64,000 nucleotides of DNA from Ascidiella aspersa (Eukaryota): positions 27,156,001-27,220,000 of the forward strand of contig OZ004608.1 in assembly GCA_963924565.1 (NCBI GenBank), given 5' to 3'. The first letter of the stretch is position 1; every line of letters begins with the position of its first letter. This document shows, piece by piece, positions 51,591 through 64,000 of the stretch. The position numbers and the translations under genes are program-made. The notes beneath the pieces were generated by a model. The model was not told the DNA's origin and ran no database searches. It saw only the letters and a list, made by a program, of their open reading frames with translations.

Positions 51591-52309
51591 ATTTATATAC
51601 AGCTTCACATCTGTTTAATTGAAACATAGGATAATTCCAAGTACAAAACAACACAAATAGAAGGTGTATGTACAATCAGACATCGTTGATTTTGTTATAG
51701 AGGTAACGATGGCTTAACATAACACAGCAGGCTACAGGCATATTTGACAACTTGCTATAGAAAAATAATATATTTGTCAACTACCCTACCCCTATAAGAG
51801 AGTATAACTACTCCATACGCACTCAAATTCACCTTAATTAAACCTGGACCAAGGGCAATCAAAAAAACATTGTCTTCTGAAAGTATATCAAAAGCAATAC
51901 CATCCTTCAACAAATTTCTAGAGCATTGATCAAAATTTGAGAAACCAAGCGTCCTTACACATAAGTGTACAGCTAACATTGCCATGGGCTGTCGTATTGG
52001 CTCGGTAACTTTGCAGAAAACCTTACCTAATTGCACTAATCCATCACAGCGATCACGCACAGACAGCGTGTTACTGCAGTTTGGTCGACTCGGTTCACCG
52101 AAATATTCTTATTCACTGCTGAAACTAAACAAACATATTTCGGCTTACCTTGCAATACGGACTAGACTTCAATGCAATATCAGCAATGCTTTAAAACTTG
52201 TACCCCAAAACTGATATACACCTTCGACATAATCATAGGTCACCGCAAGTTTGTTTATCAACAAAAATTCATGAATCAGCAAATCGGCATTCCCCAGAAA
52301 CTAGTACAA

Positions 52310-52790
52310 CGGGAACACACAATAAGACCTAAAAAGCAACAACCCCTAAAGCAGAAAAATCTATGAAATCATAGTTTTAAGACCAACGACATAATAAAGC
52401 CGAATACGCAGTAATAGCATAAGATCAAAATCGTCTGAATAAGACCTCAATCTGTCGGAATAGGGCCTAAATTCGTCGGAATTAGTCCTAAATTCATCGG
52501 AATAAGGCCTAAATTCATCGGAATAAGTCATAAATGCATCAGAATAATGCCTAAATTAATCGGAAGAAGTTCTAAATGGCCAAAATAACATGTGGAAATT
52601 ATTAGTGTTGAAATTATTACGGAAGTTAGTGATGTACTTAAGGGTTGGGTTTGGGGTTAGCTAAAGTGTTGTTTAGGCCTGCTGATTCTGACGTTTTAGA
52701 TCTTATTCCGACGGATTTAGGACTTATTCCGATTTAAACGGTTATAATACCATTATAAATTAGACCTATTTTGGCCTTATTCCAAATTGT
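52310..52790. repeat. Unclassified dispersed repeat with internal 21-bp minisatellite
   Basis: About 6-7 units of GAATAAGGCCTAAATTCATCG at ~52437-52580. Related segments are at ~19583-19660, ~31190-31470, ~33700-34290 and, inverted, ~49940-50450. Confidence 0.75.
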
Positions 52791-53751
52791 ACTACTGCGG
52801 TAACAAATTAGCTCATAAAAATCTCAAAGAAACTCAAGAGTGGATCTAGGGCTTAAAATATTTTAGACGTAACAAAGACATAATAAGAGGTAAAAAAGTA
52901 TAACCGAAAAGGTTGTTCAAACAACCACAGAAACTTGTGCCGTGTAGGCATACCTTATTTATGCTATTTATGTTATTCATTACGCTATGTTTATTTGTGC
53001 CTTTGTTGTGTTGTGGGTAATGTTTATGGCTTCAGTAAATTCAACAAACGCGAAACCAGCGTTAAAATTACCTCGCGCCTAACGAAAAGCGTCAAACTTG
53101 AAATATTTCAACTTTCCGCTGCCGAAAGTGTTAAGTCAAGTCATTTTAAGTTAAGTCCCGCGGCCTATCACAACGACATAGGGACTCTTGATATGTCGTT
53201 GGCCTATCGTATGGCAGCGCTTTCCCTTCGGGCGCCATGGAAGGTTTTCAGGTACGCCTCAAGCATAATGAAAATTAATTCAAAATAGAAACTTTTTTAT
53301 ATTTCTCTTTTGTCTTAGTGCGTTAATCCAAACAATCATTTTTAGGATGTGAGAAATTGAGAATACGAAGCCCATTCAACAAAAGCTTCCGAGCAAATTA
53401 AAAGAAATGCAGGTAAATTTCCAAAAAGTTGTCGCTCATTATGTTTGTCATTGCGTTTCTAGAGGTCTCCTGGTGTGTCGTTTGTTAAAAATATTAACAA
53501 TTACTTACGCTTAGTTTGGGTTTAATATATTGTTTCAAAATTAGGTATTTTTGGAAGAATTTGTATAAGATGTTTATGACAAATGTTGTTCCGTATCAAT
53601 AACCACGTCATCAAAGCGTGACCGCGTTTGTTTTGAAATTCTTAAAACGTTTTTACAACTCGTTCAGCAAAATTTCCAACTCCCAGATATAATTAGGTTA
53701 CGCTTCAAGCTTAAATGTGTAATTTTTAATTGGCGTGGCATTGTTAGAAAA

Positions 53752-56700
53752 ATGGTGCTGGTTTTCAAACGTGATGGGTGTGGGAGCGGAACTGCACAAG
53801 CAACCAAAAAGCCTCGAGGAGCAATTACCAAATTTCAACCAGCAAGCACTTTATCGAGGCCGTCTTTGTCTAGCTCCACTAAAATTCCAAGGTAAGTTAG
53901 TGTTAAGTATTTAAAGCTAGAAACATTTCGTTTGCCATCAAATAAAATGCGAGTGTAAAAATAATTTTAACATATCATAATTCAACAAAAATAAAAATAT
54001 CCCTTTCAAAATCTTGATTTTTTGCGATAATACGTATGACGGTACGTGGCAAGTATGAGTTTGTTTTATTGGTGTATTAACATAAACACATTTCTTTCCA
54101 AAAGCTGATTTTATGAATATCTAATGTGCTTTCGTCCGGGAATTTCTAATTGCTAAAACATTATTTGGGTTAGTCTTAGGAGTACTTTTATATGGCTGCA
54201 CAATTTTAAGATGCTTAAATATCTCCCAACACAAAACCGATTTGGGCGCTGGTCTAGAATCCTACCACAGTTATGAAATCAACGCACAAAAATTGAGTTA
54301 GGGTGTGGGTTAGTGTTTGAGTGAGGGTGGGTCAAGTATTATTATATTCTTAATTAGATAATAATACTTGACCCAACCTAACCCAAAACGCTAACTCGCA
54401 CCCTAACCCAATTAATGTGCGTTGTGGTAGGATTCTAGACCAGCGCCCCGATTTGGGCTGTATGCTCTTTGGTAAAAAAGTTTTATTTGTGAAAAAACCA
54501 ACAAACTTTAATTTCAGGCTAAATACGAGTCAGGGCATTGGCAAAAAAGGAAAGTCAACAGTGAACAGAAAATCTTATTTAGGAAAACCACAAAGTAAGT
54601 TGTTTTATAAATTATTATATCATATATAACTTTTTGCTGGTATATTTAATAATAATTAAAGGAGCCCACCTAAGTAACTCCATTGAAATTGTTTGTGTTA
54701 ATGGTTGACAGATACAAAAACACTTTTCCATGTCCTTTTCTCATGGTAATAGCAATACTAATAAACTATTAGTTTCACAATATTTTTGCTTATATATATA
54801 TACACTACAACCAGGTTGAAAAGTAAGGCCTGCGGGGGAGATTTTTTCCCATGCAGTTTCCCACCCAGCCGCGGTCATAGCCGCACAATTTATGTAAAAT
54901 CAACGTGAAATGCAGCCACCTGTAAAAATCGCTCAAGCGCGCAAAACTTACGTCGCGCTAACGGTTTTAAGTATAGTTCTCTATTTTTAACTGTTAAAAT
55001 TTTGCAAATAACGTTATTACAGCCGCGCAAATTTCGGCGGAAATGTAATTACAGCCTAGCAATTTTAAGCTGCAGAATTGTCTCCCCCACGCAAAATCTA
55101 AAGTTTCCAATCTGGCACTACACAGTAAGCAGGCAAATATTATTGCATAACTAAATATTTAATTTTTAGCCTCTGCTGTCAAAGCAAAAACTACCAATCA
55201 ACCTGTTGAAACTCGTGAAACTAAAAGGAGTGCGAAGATGGAAACAAAGTTCGTAAAGCCATCCGAAAATCTTAACAGAAAAGTTTTATCCAATCTCAGT
55301 AATTCGCCAGTTGTTTCAACAAGAATACCAAAAGAAGAGAAACTGAGCCCAAAGAAAGAGCAGAAGGAACTATTTCCTACTTTTGAAGATCAGAAAGGTA
55401 ACTTTTATCAGGGACACAAAACTATTTTTATTCATTAATATTTAACAAAGTAAACAAATATTGCTTAAATTGTTAGCTTAAAACAATGTAGAATAAACTG
55501 TATCTTTATAACCCTTTTTGTTTGCTGTGATCCTAGTTTTGTTAGGTTAATATAAAAAAGATGTTGTTTCTAACAACCTTCTATAATTAATGTATTTGCA
55601 TGTATTTTAAGAGTTATATATATCCCAAACTTGCAGGTTTTAGTTAAGTTTTTCAATGTAAGCTATTGCTTCTATATATATAGTGTTTTATGCTAAAAAC
55701 TGCCACCATACCCTAAATATGTTTCAGCTATTTGAAACTCTCTTGTGGTATCACCCTTTTTTTCAAATACACCCTGAATTAAGTCAATTTTAAAGACTAG
55801 AGTCAACTCAATATAGCCTAGTCTGTTACTGGGTCACTTTTAATCGTAAAATACCAATTTTTATTTAAACACACCCTATAAAGTTAATGGAGACTAAAAC
55901 GTGTAGTTGGCTGGTTGCACTTATTAGGTTCATTCTGCGCATTTCAGAGAGCAATAGAGTTTTATTTTTATATGTATATATTTTATAGTATAACCTATGC
56001 CATGGGATCTGCAAACAACATTCCATTAAGTTAGAATGTAACTTTGCCTACGTTAGAATCACTAGACATATGGCTTCACTCTTAATGATTTAAAAAAAAA
56101 TCATTTATAGACATTGACTTCGAAGTGGATCCAAGTTCGCTTGCAAGCATTTTAAACAACAAACCAATAAACTTTACCCGGATCAACCAGGATGGAAAGG
56201 TTTACCTGTGTAAAATATTAAATTTAAGCATAAATGTAATGTTGAGTTTGACGTTTTGATCAGGTTAATGATTAATGGTAAAAGTGGCATGCCTTATTCA
56301 GTTCACATTAAATTTGTGCCTAATTAGTTTGGCCGGCATAACATTCAACAATGTTTTGTTATCCAGTTCCAAATTGTATATATGTTTTTAGCACCGACCA
56401 AGTTCTGTTGCAAACAACTGCCTACTTTTTCCTGATGGAAGGCCATCTTTGTGCCGGAGGGTGCCGATTGAACTTAACAAGGGCGATTGCCGTGCATCGA
56501 TGACTGGACCTGGTAGAAGACTCAGCACCAAAAAAGGTATTCCACCTGTTAATAGGATGCAGACCTCAAGTGAAATACATTACCAAACAAATGTGTATCA
56601 CTTCCACTGTTTATAGTCTATTTTCCTTGGTCTTTTAATCTAATGTGTATAAAGACTAAGGTTTAAAACATATTTCAAATGTCTTTGTAAAAAGTTCATT

Positions 56701-59700
56701 ATATTCTGCAACATACCCTATAAAGTTGTTATTATTGTCACTTTGTTGTTTAATAAATGGTCTTTTGTTTTACGCCCCTTTATTTAAGAAATATTTTTCC
56801 TTCAGCCCCCAGGCCTTCAACAACCCAAAAGAAAACGTTTCTAAATCCCGTGGACAAAGGATCAAGACACTCTCTTTATTCTGTCATAAAAAAGGGTTTC
56901 TCCCATGCACCAGCAAGTCAAAAAGTTCAAATTGGTAGACAGTCTCTTCAACAGGGTAATCAACATCCGAAAAATGCTTTTTTAGGAAATTATATTGTAC
57001 ACAATGTATGCACTATGTAATTATGTATAGTTTACAAGTTAACTACAACAACAAGAGATCACAGCTAAATTTATTCCAGCTTCTTGAAATTTCTACCATA
57101 ATTTAACGAAAATATGCCATATCTAAAAAAAACAGTCAATACAGGCTTGTCATTTTTTTCTTTGTTAATTTTAGGTCGGAAAACTGCCCAGCCGACTGTG
57201 AAAATTGTCAATGACCTGAAGCCAATAAACGATCTTCAAACAAAGTCGCCAGGGGTAAGTGCTGTCTGTAAAAGCAAAGATAAAAAAAAATAGTTATTAA
57301 AGTATAAAATTTGCGCCTACATATTAAATTTTGACAATCGAATTGTATATTTCGTGTTAAACTGAAATGTACATAATTTTAAATCTAGCTATTTCGATAA
57401 ATATATCACAGTTAATACTATTCAAACGGTTTTGTGATTTGTTAGCTTGTTTTACTTTTATCTCGTCGCCTTGTATTATTCTAAAAAAAAAATTCTATGG
57501 GGTGCCGCGGCGCCCTGGTGTGCCATTTCTAATGATAAAGGGTGCCGATAGGTATTTCAGAATTTTAAAGAATCTGATTTTTGCTCAATTGATAAACTTC
57601 TTGATACAACTATTTGTGTACGATTGGGCGCCATTATATCAAATGAAATTTTCCTACACGTTTCAAGTTTTATGTGTTTCCATTTATAGTGACATTTCAT
57701 TAACATACTCAAAAAAATTCGAGTCGGGGTGCCGAAAATCTATTTATTATTTTTGAGGCGTGCTGTAAGCCATACAAGGTTGAGAATCACTGTTGTAAAC
57801 GGTAACGTTTTCTTGTAACATTGCCAGGCGCAAAGGATTTTGTCTCGCAAAAATGAAGTCCGTATTTCAGCATCTCCAGCACTCCGAGTGGCCTTTTCGG
57901 CAGCCGAAACCCCGCCACCCGGCAGAAGTGCAAAGAAAGGTAAACTTTTAAAATGAATACAGAGTGTTTGTATATTTGATTTTAATTATAAAGTGTCGGA
58001 CTTCAAAACAGGTCTGATAAGATGCAGTAGCGAAGTTTACATAGCATCTTGTTATGCCAGACAACCCAAATACCAGGCAGCCCTGTTCCTATTTAACTAA
58101 ATTCTGTGCTCATTTTCGCTACTCAAACTAGACTTAGCTGTTATTTTATTTATCGCCAATTGGTCGTCCCTAGAGGGAGAGGCAATAATTCTCCACAATT
58201 TATGAATTTTCGATAACAAACAAGTTTATCCCAACGAAACATTAAAATCACTAGAAATACACAAAACACAACATTTTTTTTGTTCATACTGCAATAATCA
58301 CTATAATATCTGTCAGAAAGGCTTGTAGTTTGTACTTTTAAAAATTAACCTACTTACTTGAATCTTTTTTTTGCAAGGTAAAAGAACCAAAATCAAATGG
58401 GCCGACGAAAACGATCCCCAAGTGCAGGTAAGTTCGTGAACGTACATGAATATTTTATAAACTGATTTTGATCAATAATGATGGCGTAAGTCCGTAGACA
58501 TTGGTGTAATTTAACAAAAGTGAATTAAATCAGTATAATCATATTAATCAGTATTTGTTGCGTTATTGTGTTATGGCCAAAAGGTTGGAATTTTTTAGCA
58601 TTTTACCTGCTTGCTACAGGTGCTGTCATGTTTTAAAGATAAAACCTGCTTTCATACAAATAAATCATTTTTTTATGTAAAAATTGTTTACAAGATCAAT
58701 TTAGTGGTCGTACATTTTGAACGACTCGTTGATTGCAGGACTTACATTCGCAAGTGCAATTTCACTTTATCAACTTTACCACTTAGTTCAGGGGTGTGCA
58801 ACCTACGACCCCCGGGACATATCCGTCCCGTCAACGCAATTTATGCAACCCGCGTACTATTTTACAAACTGCGCCATTTGTGATATTTTCTTGGCTATTT
58901 CAAGCACGTAAAAGCTCGCGGTCCACCTGTTCGGGAATTCCCCTTCAACCCTGACGATCAGCAATAAAAACAAAATTATTTTGCGCAAATCTTGTTGCTG
59001 TATCGACTGTAACATGTAGTTAGACCCCTTTTCAATTGCAAAACACCCTAATTTTATTCCTGATTGGCAGTCGTTGCGGTTGTTAGAAGAAGATGCATAA
59101 AGTCTATAACACAGTTAAAATTTAACAATACCTTTATGAGTTTGGTATTGGCACGCTACTAGAAATAGGTTGCTGCCTACCCCTGACTAAGTTGAACCAA
59201 GTCTTTATTAAAGGACAAGCTCGCGGTCCACCTGTTCGGGAATTCCCCTTCAACCCCCACGGTCAGCCATCGCAGACTTGCAGCTAAAACTCCAGTGTCG
59301 ATTTTGAAGAGCAGAAACCGAAAACACGCCAAGCGCAACTCTCTTACGCCCCCAGTGACCAAGAAAGACAGATTGCAGAGCGATTCGGCTGAAGGTAAAA
59401 TGTTGGCTGGTATATATGGAAATATGTAGAGCTTGGGTTGGACTAATAACTTTGTGACTTTTATGCGTTTCAACGCCGTTTGTGGAATATTTACCGACAA
59501 CAAGGTACTTGTTTGAATGACGGGTTTTAATATCCTCACAACTAGAGAAACAGTATTTGTAATATTATAGTTTAGGCGATATACAATGTCCTGTTTTATC
59601 CTTTTTTTTCGCACTATTACTTCCACTGCAGTGTTGTGACAATTTTTGTATTTGAGAAAGCTTTTTGACTTAACTTTTTCGCCAGCACAAAAAGCTGCTA

Positions 59701-62700
59701 AGCCAAGCACGACTCGCAGGACATTTACAGAGATTTACAGCTTTCGAAATTTTGACCTCGATTTTTTAGTTTTTTAATTTCAGGCGCATCTTTAAAAACA
59801 ATACGATTTTGAACGTTTCGTTATTTAAAAACTGCTGTCTTGTCACGAATCGCCCGTACATAAGTTCATGGTTTAAGGATTAAGAAACTAATGTTTAAGG
59901 ACCGTTTTTTCGTGTGCTTTCAGACGGCTGTGCGATCGAGATTGTCGACCCCCGACTACTCAACGACGACTCTCAATCGCCGTGCCTTCCCACCGCCCCA
60001 AGCAGACCAAACACGAGGGCATCCCAAAAGCCAAAACAACAACAACAACATCGACAACAACAGCAGCAAACGCTGCCTGCAAAACCGCGACGCAACCTTC
60101 CGGTCACAAAAGAAAAACTTCCAAGTCCGAAATCGAGCGAAGCCGCTACGATCAAAAATCAAAGCGGCGTGACTCAGCAGAAAGTGGTGCCCGTCGACGA
60201 GGTGCTGAGCATCATGACGCGGCACATGTCAAGCGTGAAACGGCGCAGCGTCCAGGCCGAGTTCCGCAACGTCATCGAACACGTGGCCAAGTCGCTGGCC
60301 GCGCCCCCCACCATACAAGAGGAGCCGGCCGACTCTACCGACCTGGATATAGAGATTAATGATTCCGAAAAGTCGCAAGAAATTGGCCAAGTCTCTAAAT
60401 CGTATGTAGTTGCCATCGCTTTTGTATTTATACGATTTTTTTAAAGTGTTGTAAAAATTACCCCCTTCCCCTCAAAAAAATAGCTTGATTAGGGTTAGGG
60501 TGCATCCATCTTATTAAATTTGCTATATATTTGATGAAAATTCGTTTTACTGTAGTGTGTTGTATGCTAATCTTTTTAATTTCATCTTCTTTTGAGAGAA
60601 AGATCCTTGGATTGTATTATATTCAAACAAAGGGTTTCGAGATTCCAATTATTTTAAAACATTTTGGAATGACTGGTCTATGTTTTAACTTGTACCCACG
60701 GTCATACCCATATATGAGATTATGTCGAACGGACTTGCTGTTTGTAAAACAATTCTAATGGTATACGTGCAATTTGTGCATTGTGCAGGCTGTAAAAATA
60801 CCTCAGCGGATCGTCTCATCTATCCTTGTCGTTTCTATGACAAAATGAATACTGTGTTTATCCTTCAAAAAAATAGGACGATCTTTCACAATTAGGCACT
60901 TTTTCTTATTTATTTTACACCGATCTCGGAAACAAGGATTCCTTGTTTTTGTACAAGAGAAAATTGTCTCAAGTCCTTGTCCGTCCTCTATTCTAGACCT
61001 TTTTTTCAGAGTTACCCCGATTACTAAAGATCGTCTTGGCGTCTCCACTAAAGCTCTAGAAGTTCCTCAGGTTTGCAATATTTTTTCGTGAAAATTGTTT
61101 TTCATGCTTATTTAATTGTATCGTAAATCGGTGTACCGGGTGGTTTGAAGGTCGAAAATCCCCCCCCAAAAAAGAAAAAGATGTTGTCATTTTTAGCGGT
61201 TCACTTTTTTTAAAACTAATAAATTTGTGGTTTATGCGAATGCTATTAAATATTCCCAAGTTTGTTAACTATATTTAAAAAAAGAATGAAATGCCAAAGG
61301 TGTCTTTTGATTTTCCTACTTAACTGTTTTTGTAAAATATTTAAAAAAATGTTCAAAAATGTTGTTTTTTTCGAAACTTACTAAGTTTTTTTAATAGACG
61401 TTTGGCAACAAAATGGCATGTTTTGACCAATTATAACAAGACCGCTCACATTTCGTTTACTGCATTTCAAATTTAATTTTCTCCTTTTCCTTTCCCTGTA
61501 ATCTTACCAGGTTGTCGGCAACGTTCTGACACCGGAAAACATGCGTAAGTTGCAGGAGAGCTACGAGGAAACTAACCGTAGTCTGGACGAGATCGCCATG
61601 GCAACGGAGCGGGTGAACAGGGAGCTGGAGCAGCTGAAACTCGACAAGGAGAAGCTCAAGGACTTTAGGGAGCAAAGTGAGTTGGAATAATTTGTATTAC
61701 CAAGTTATTTGCTTCGCTGTGATGTCGCGACTGACTCAGCCGCCAGTTTAGAATTCGTTATGTGATTAGCTGGAGAAAGTTCAATCCTTTTTATAGTAGG
61801 TTCTAAGAGTAAAGCAAAAATAAGACAATGACAACTAATAATTTATAATCAAAGCGCATTTTGGTTCGTTATAGTTTAATTTATTGTAAAACTGTTTATT
61901 TTACACACTAATTTAAATTTGGGCATTTAACCCTTGTTGTCTATATCTATGTTAGTTCTACTAAAATAAGCAATATGTGGGTGATTTTTTGTTCGCTTTT
62001 CGCAGCGCTACTTTCGTAGGTTCTTAAACAGCGGATTTCAAACCTTTTAACATGGCCGACCCCGTAGGTTTTCTTGAAATGATAGAGCCGGCAGGTTTTT
62101 TTTTAAGGTTTGGTTTGGGTGACCGCTAAGTAGTTTTAAAAGACCGCAAGTGTTTCATTTAAATACCAAAAAGTTGCACGTCCAAAATTTGGGAAACCGC
62201 TGGAGAAATTTGGGGGGCCATACTAGGATATCTATAATTTAAACGAGTAAAAAATTTAGAAACTCCTTGTGTAATAACTGCTTTAAAATTCAAATATCAG
62301 AATTCGCAAACTATACTCACAGTGCATTACACTGTCAGATCATTTATTGTCATTAAAACTCAATGAAGGTTGTGAACCGACCGATATAGTTTTCCAGTCA
62401 ACCGATTTAAAAAGTGTTGTATGGATACCGTCAAAATTCCTTACGTACCCCAGTTTGAGAATCCCTGTTTTGAAAGCTTTTTTTAAAACATTAAACATAT
62501 CAACCTTTCAGTGAAACTGAAACGGCAAATGAAAGAAGCCGCCGCGTCAATCATCAGCCCACATACCTGCATAGCCAAACAGCAAGCGACAAGCCAGGGC
62601 AAGGACGGCCTTAGTCTGGACAGCGTGGTCGACGTGGATTTGCAAGCCGGCTTGCTCGAGTTTCACCTCGACTCCGACTCGCCAATCCTGAGCGGAAAAC

Positions 62701-63615
62701 TCGAGTTTGCCCCGAAATCGAGAAACGTCGCAATTTTCGACAAGCCAAACCCTGCTGTAACTTGGCAGGAAGTCATCGCTACGGATAAAAATTCAGCAAA
62801 TCCTGTAAAATCAAGCCCCGCAAATTCGGACCGCTTCGCTCGTGATAACGATTCTCAAAGAGCTGCCACCGACAGCAAAAAGGATCCCTCGCCCTCTTTT
62901 GTATTTTCCAGTCGGAATTATCACGCTGCGAGCATTCAATCTGATGTTTCCTCTGCCAAAACTTCTCCCTCCATCATTTCAAGAGCACTCGCAGACCCAA
63001 TAGTCCGCCAAATGCCGAGTCCCGCCTTTAACGATCGTCATTCACATGAAAATCCCCTCTTATCGCCAGCCGAGACGCGCCTGTTTCGCGAACTCAATCT
63101 CGGCGGCAAGAAAAGCGAGAAATCTCCACTCGCAACCCTGCTTGGCAAACCGCACATGGAAACGAGCACCCCTGAAAATGACGCAAAACCTTCCGCTACC
63201 GCAATACCCTCGTCCGTTTTAACCCCTTCGGGTAATTCCCCGCCTGCCCCGAGCATTGCACGAGCCTCATCCTTTAAACCTTCGCCATGTCCGTCGCTCA
63301 GCACAGTTGGTTGTCCGACGCCAGGCTCCAACAGCAAGAAATTTCCTAACACTGTCGACCCCTCAATCAGCTCCGAAGGTTTGACTTTTAAAGCTAACCA
63401 ACCGAGTTCGCCAGAAGCTTCATTCGGGCTTTCGGATATCAAGTTGCGCAGCCGATCGATTGAAAGGAATCGAACTTTAGGGTCGGTTGTGGAAAGCTGC
63501 GCTCAAAGTGCCTCGAAAGAGTCGAAACCTAACAGCAAAACAAACGCTTCCATCGACACGTTTAATCAGTTTGACTTGTCCAGTAAAACGATACCGACGC
63601 CGAATCTACAGGAAG
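53752..63615 (+). CDS. S/P/K-rich, largely disordered protein with coiled coil; tastin (TROAP)-like mitotic protein; continues beyond window
   Basis: Mostly in-phase exons at 53752-53891, 54518-54594, 55170-55397, 56111-56199, ~56392-56536, ~56806-56955, ~57176-57254, ~57828-57939, ~58378-58427, 59214-59394, 59924-~60400, ~61511-61676 and 62512-63615. FEVDPSSLASILN recalls the tastin F..DPAALA.IL motif (from memory, not searched). A D-box (RKVLSNLSN) and many S/T-P sites are present. Confidence 0.65.
54244..54448. mobile_element. Foldback MITE with perfect 26-bp TIRs
   Basis: GGGCGCTGGTCTAGAATCCTACCACA and its exact reverse complement, flanked by CGATTT on both sides. The inner GGTCAA..ATTATTA..TAATAAT..TTGACCC hairpin also occurs at ~21750-21803. 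Confidence 0.85.
58912..58965 (+). repeat. Intronic copy of part of the downstream exon
   Basis: 40 bp are identical to 59217-59256, and the match extends to 54 bp with 4 mismatches. Confidence 0.9.
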
Positions 63616-64000
63616 GTAAATTTTGTAGGAATAGTTGAGATACAATTTACTAAAAATCATATATAGATTTGTTGGTTTGCGGGCCTTACCATAATAACGG
63701 ACCGGAGGCCAATGGCTATTTTGCATGCTTTAAAATTTATGGGCTGATTATAATAAATATACTAGCTGGGTGTATTCTTATTAATCTTAAAAGATAATTT
63801 ATCGTTTTACAGCTTTTGTACACGAATAGTTTGTTTAATGTACTGATTTAAATTTTGGATTAACTATTGTACCGAAATGTTTTAATTTTGTTTTGTTTGC
63901 AAAATTGATGCTGTCCTTCTTTATTTCAACATAATTTAAGGACCACTGATGTAAATAGTTATATCGAAAATTAAGGAATTTTGCGGCGATTCTCCAGGGC

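Noticed and set aside
51755-52060. 101-aa minus-strand ORF upstream of MANBA
   Set aside because: It has a non-ATG start and no recognisable motif, and it lies in a probable 5' UTR intron.
52437-52580. Regular 21-bp repeats (also the 48-bp units at ~28560 and the repeats at 17953) as a CRISPR-like array
   Set aside because: The units are directly tandem and degenerate with no unique spacers, there are no cas genes, and the context is eukaryotic.
59177-63442. Antisense and alternate-frame ORFs (59177-59710, 59956-60225, 59982-60359, 63038-63442)
   Set aside because: They are shadows of GC-rich plus-strand exons, with no motifs or independent splice structure.

Overview
AT-rich, intron-rich eukaryotic DNA from an animal. 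An invertebrate chordate such as a tunicate is a guess from gene and repeat style, not something the sequence proves. Four spliced genes lie on the minus strand. (1) The 5' part of a large receptor with signal peptide, C-type lectin, VWA, Ca-EGF and GAIN-like regions, probably an adhesion GPCR, running off the left edge. (2) A complete 3-exon cytosolic sulfotransferase. (3) A RIPK/TKL-like kinase with an unrecognised C-terminal domain. (4) A GH2 beta-mannosidase (MANBA). A divergently transcribed S/P-rich, tastin/TROAP-like gene on the plus strand runs off the right edge. Sulfotransferase intron 2 holds a young 1,962-bp Ty3/gypsy element with 142-bp LTRs, a GTAT target duplication, intact gag, a -1 frameshift site and a protease, but with RT/RNaseH/integrase core deleted. 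Many hAT-type MITEs with 8-bp TSDs are present. The most notable observations are: MANBA splices in frame into extra exons encoding a transmembrane helix and cytoplasmic tail; the LTR element keeps only gag-protease; two intronic inverted repeats are built from minimal hammerhead-ribozyme motifs, one with a compensatory U3-A8 core; and CpG is sharply depleted only in the 5' part of gene bodies. All exon chains were traced by eye and no database searches were run.
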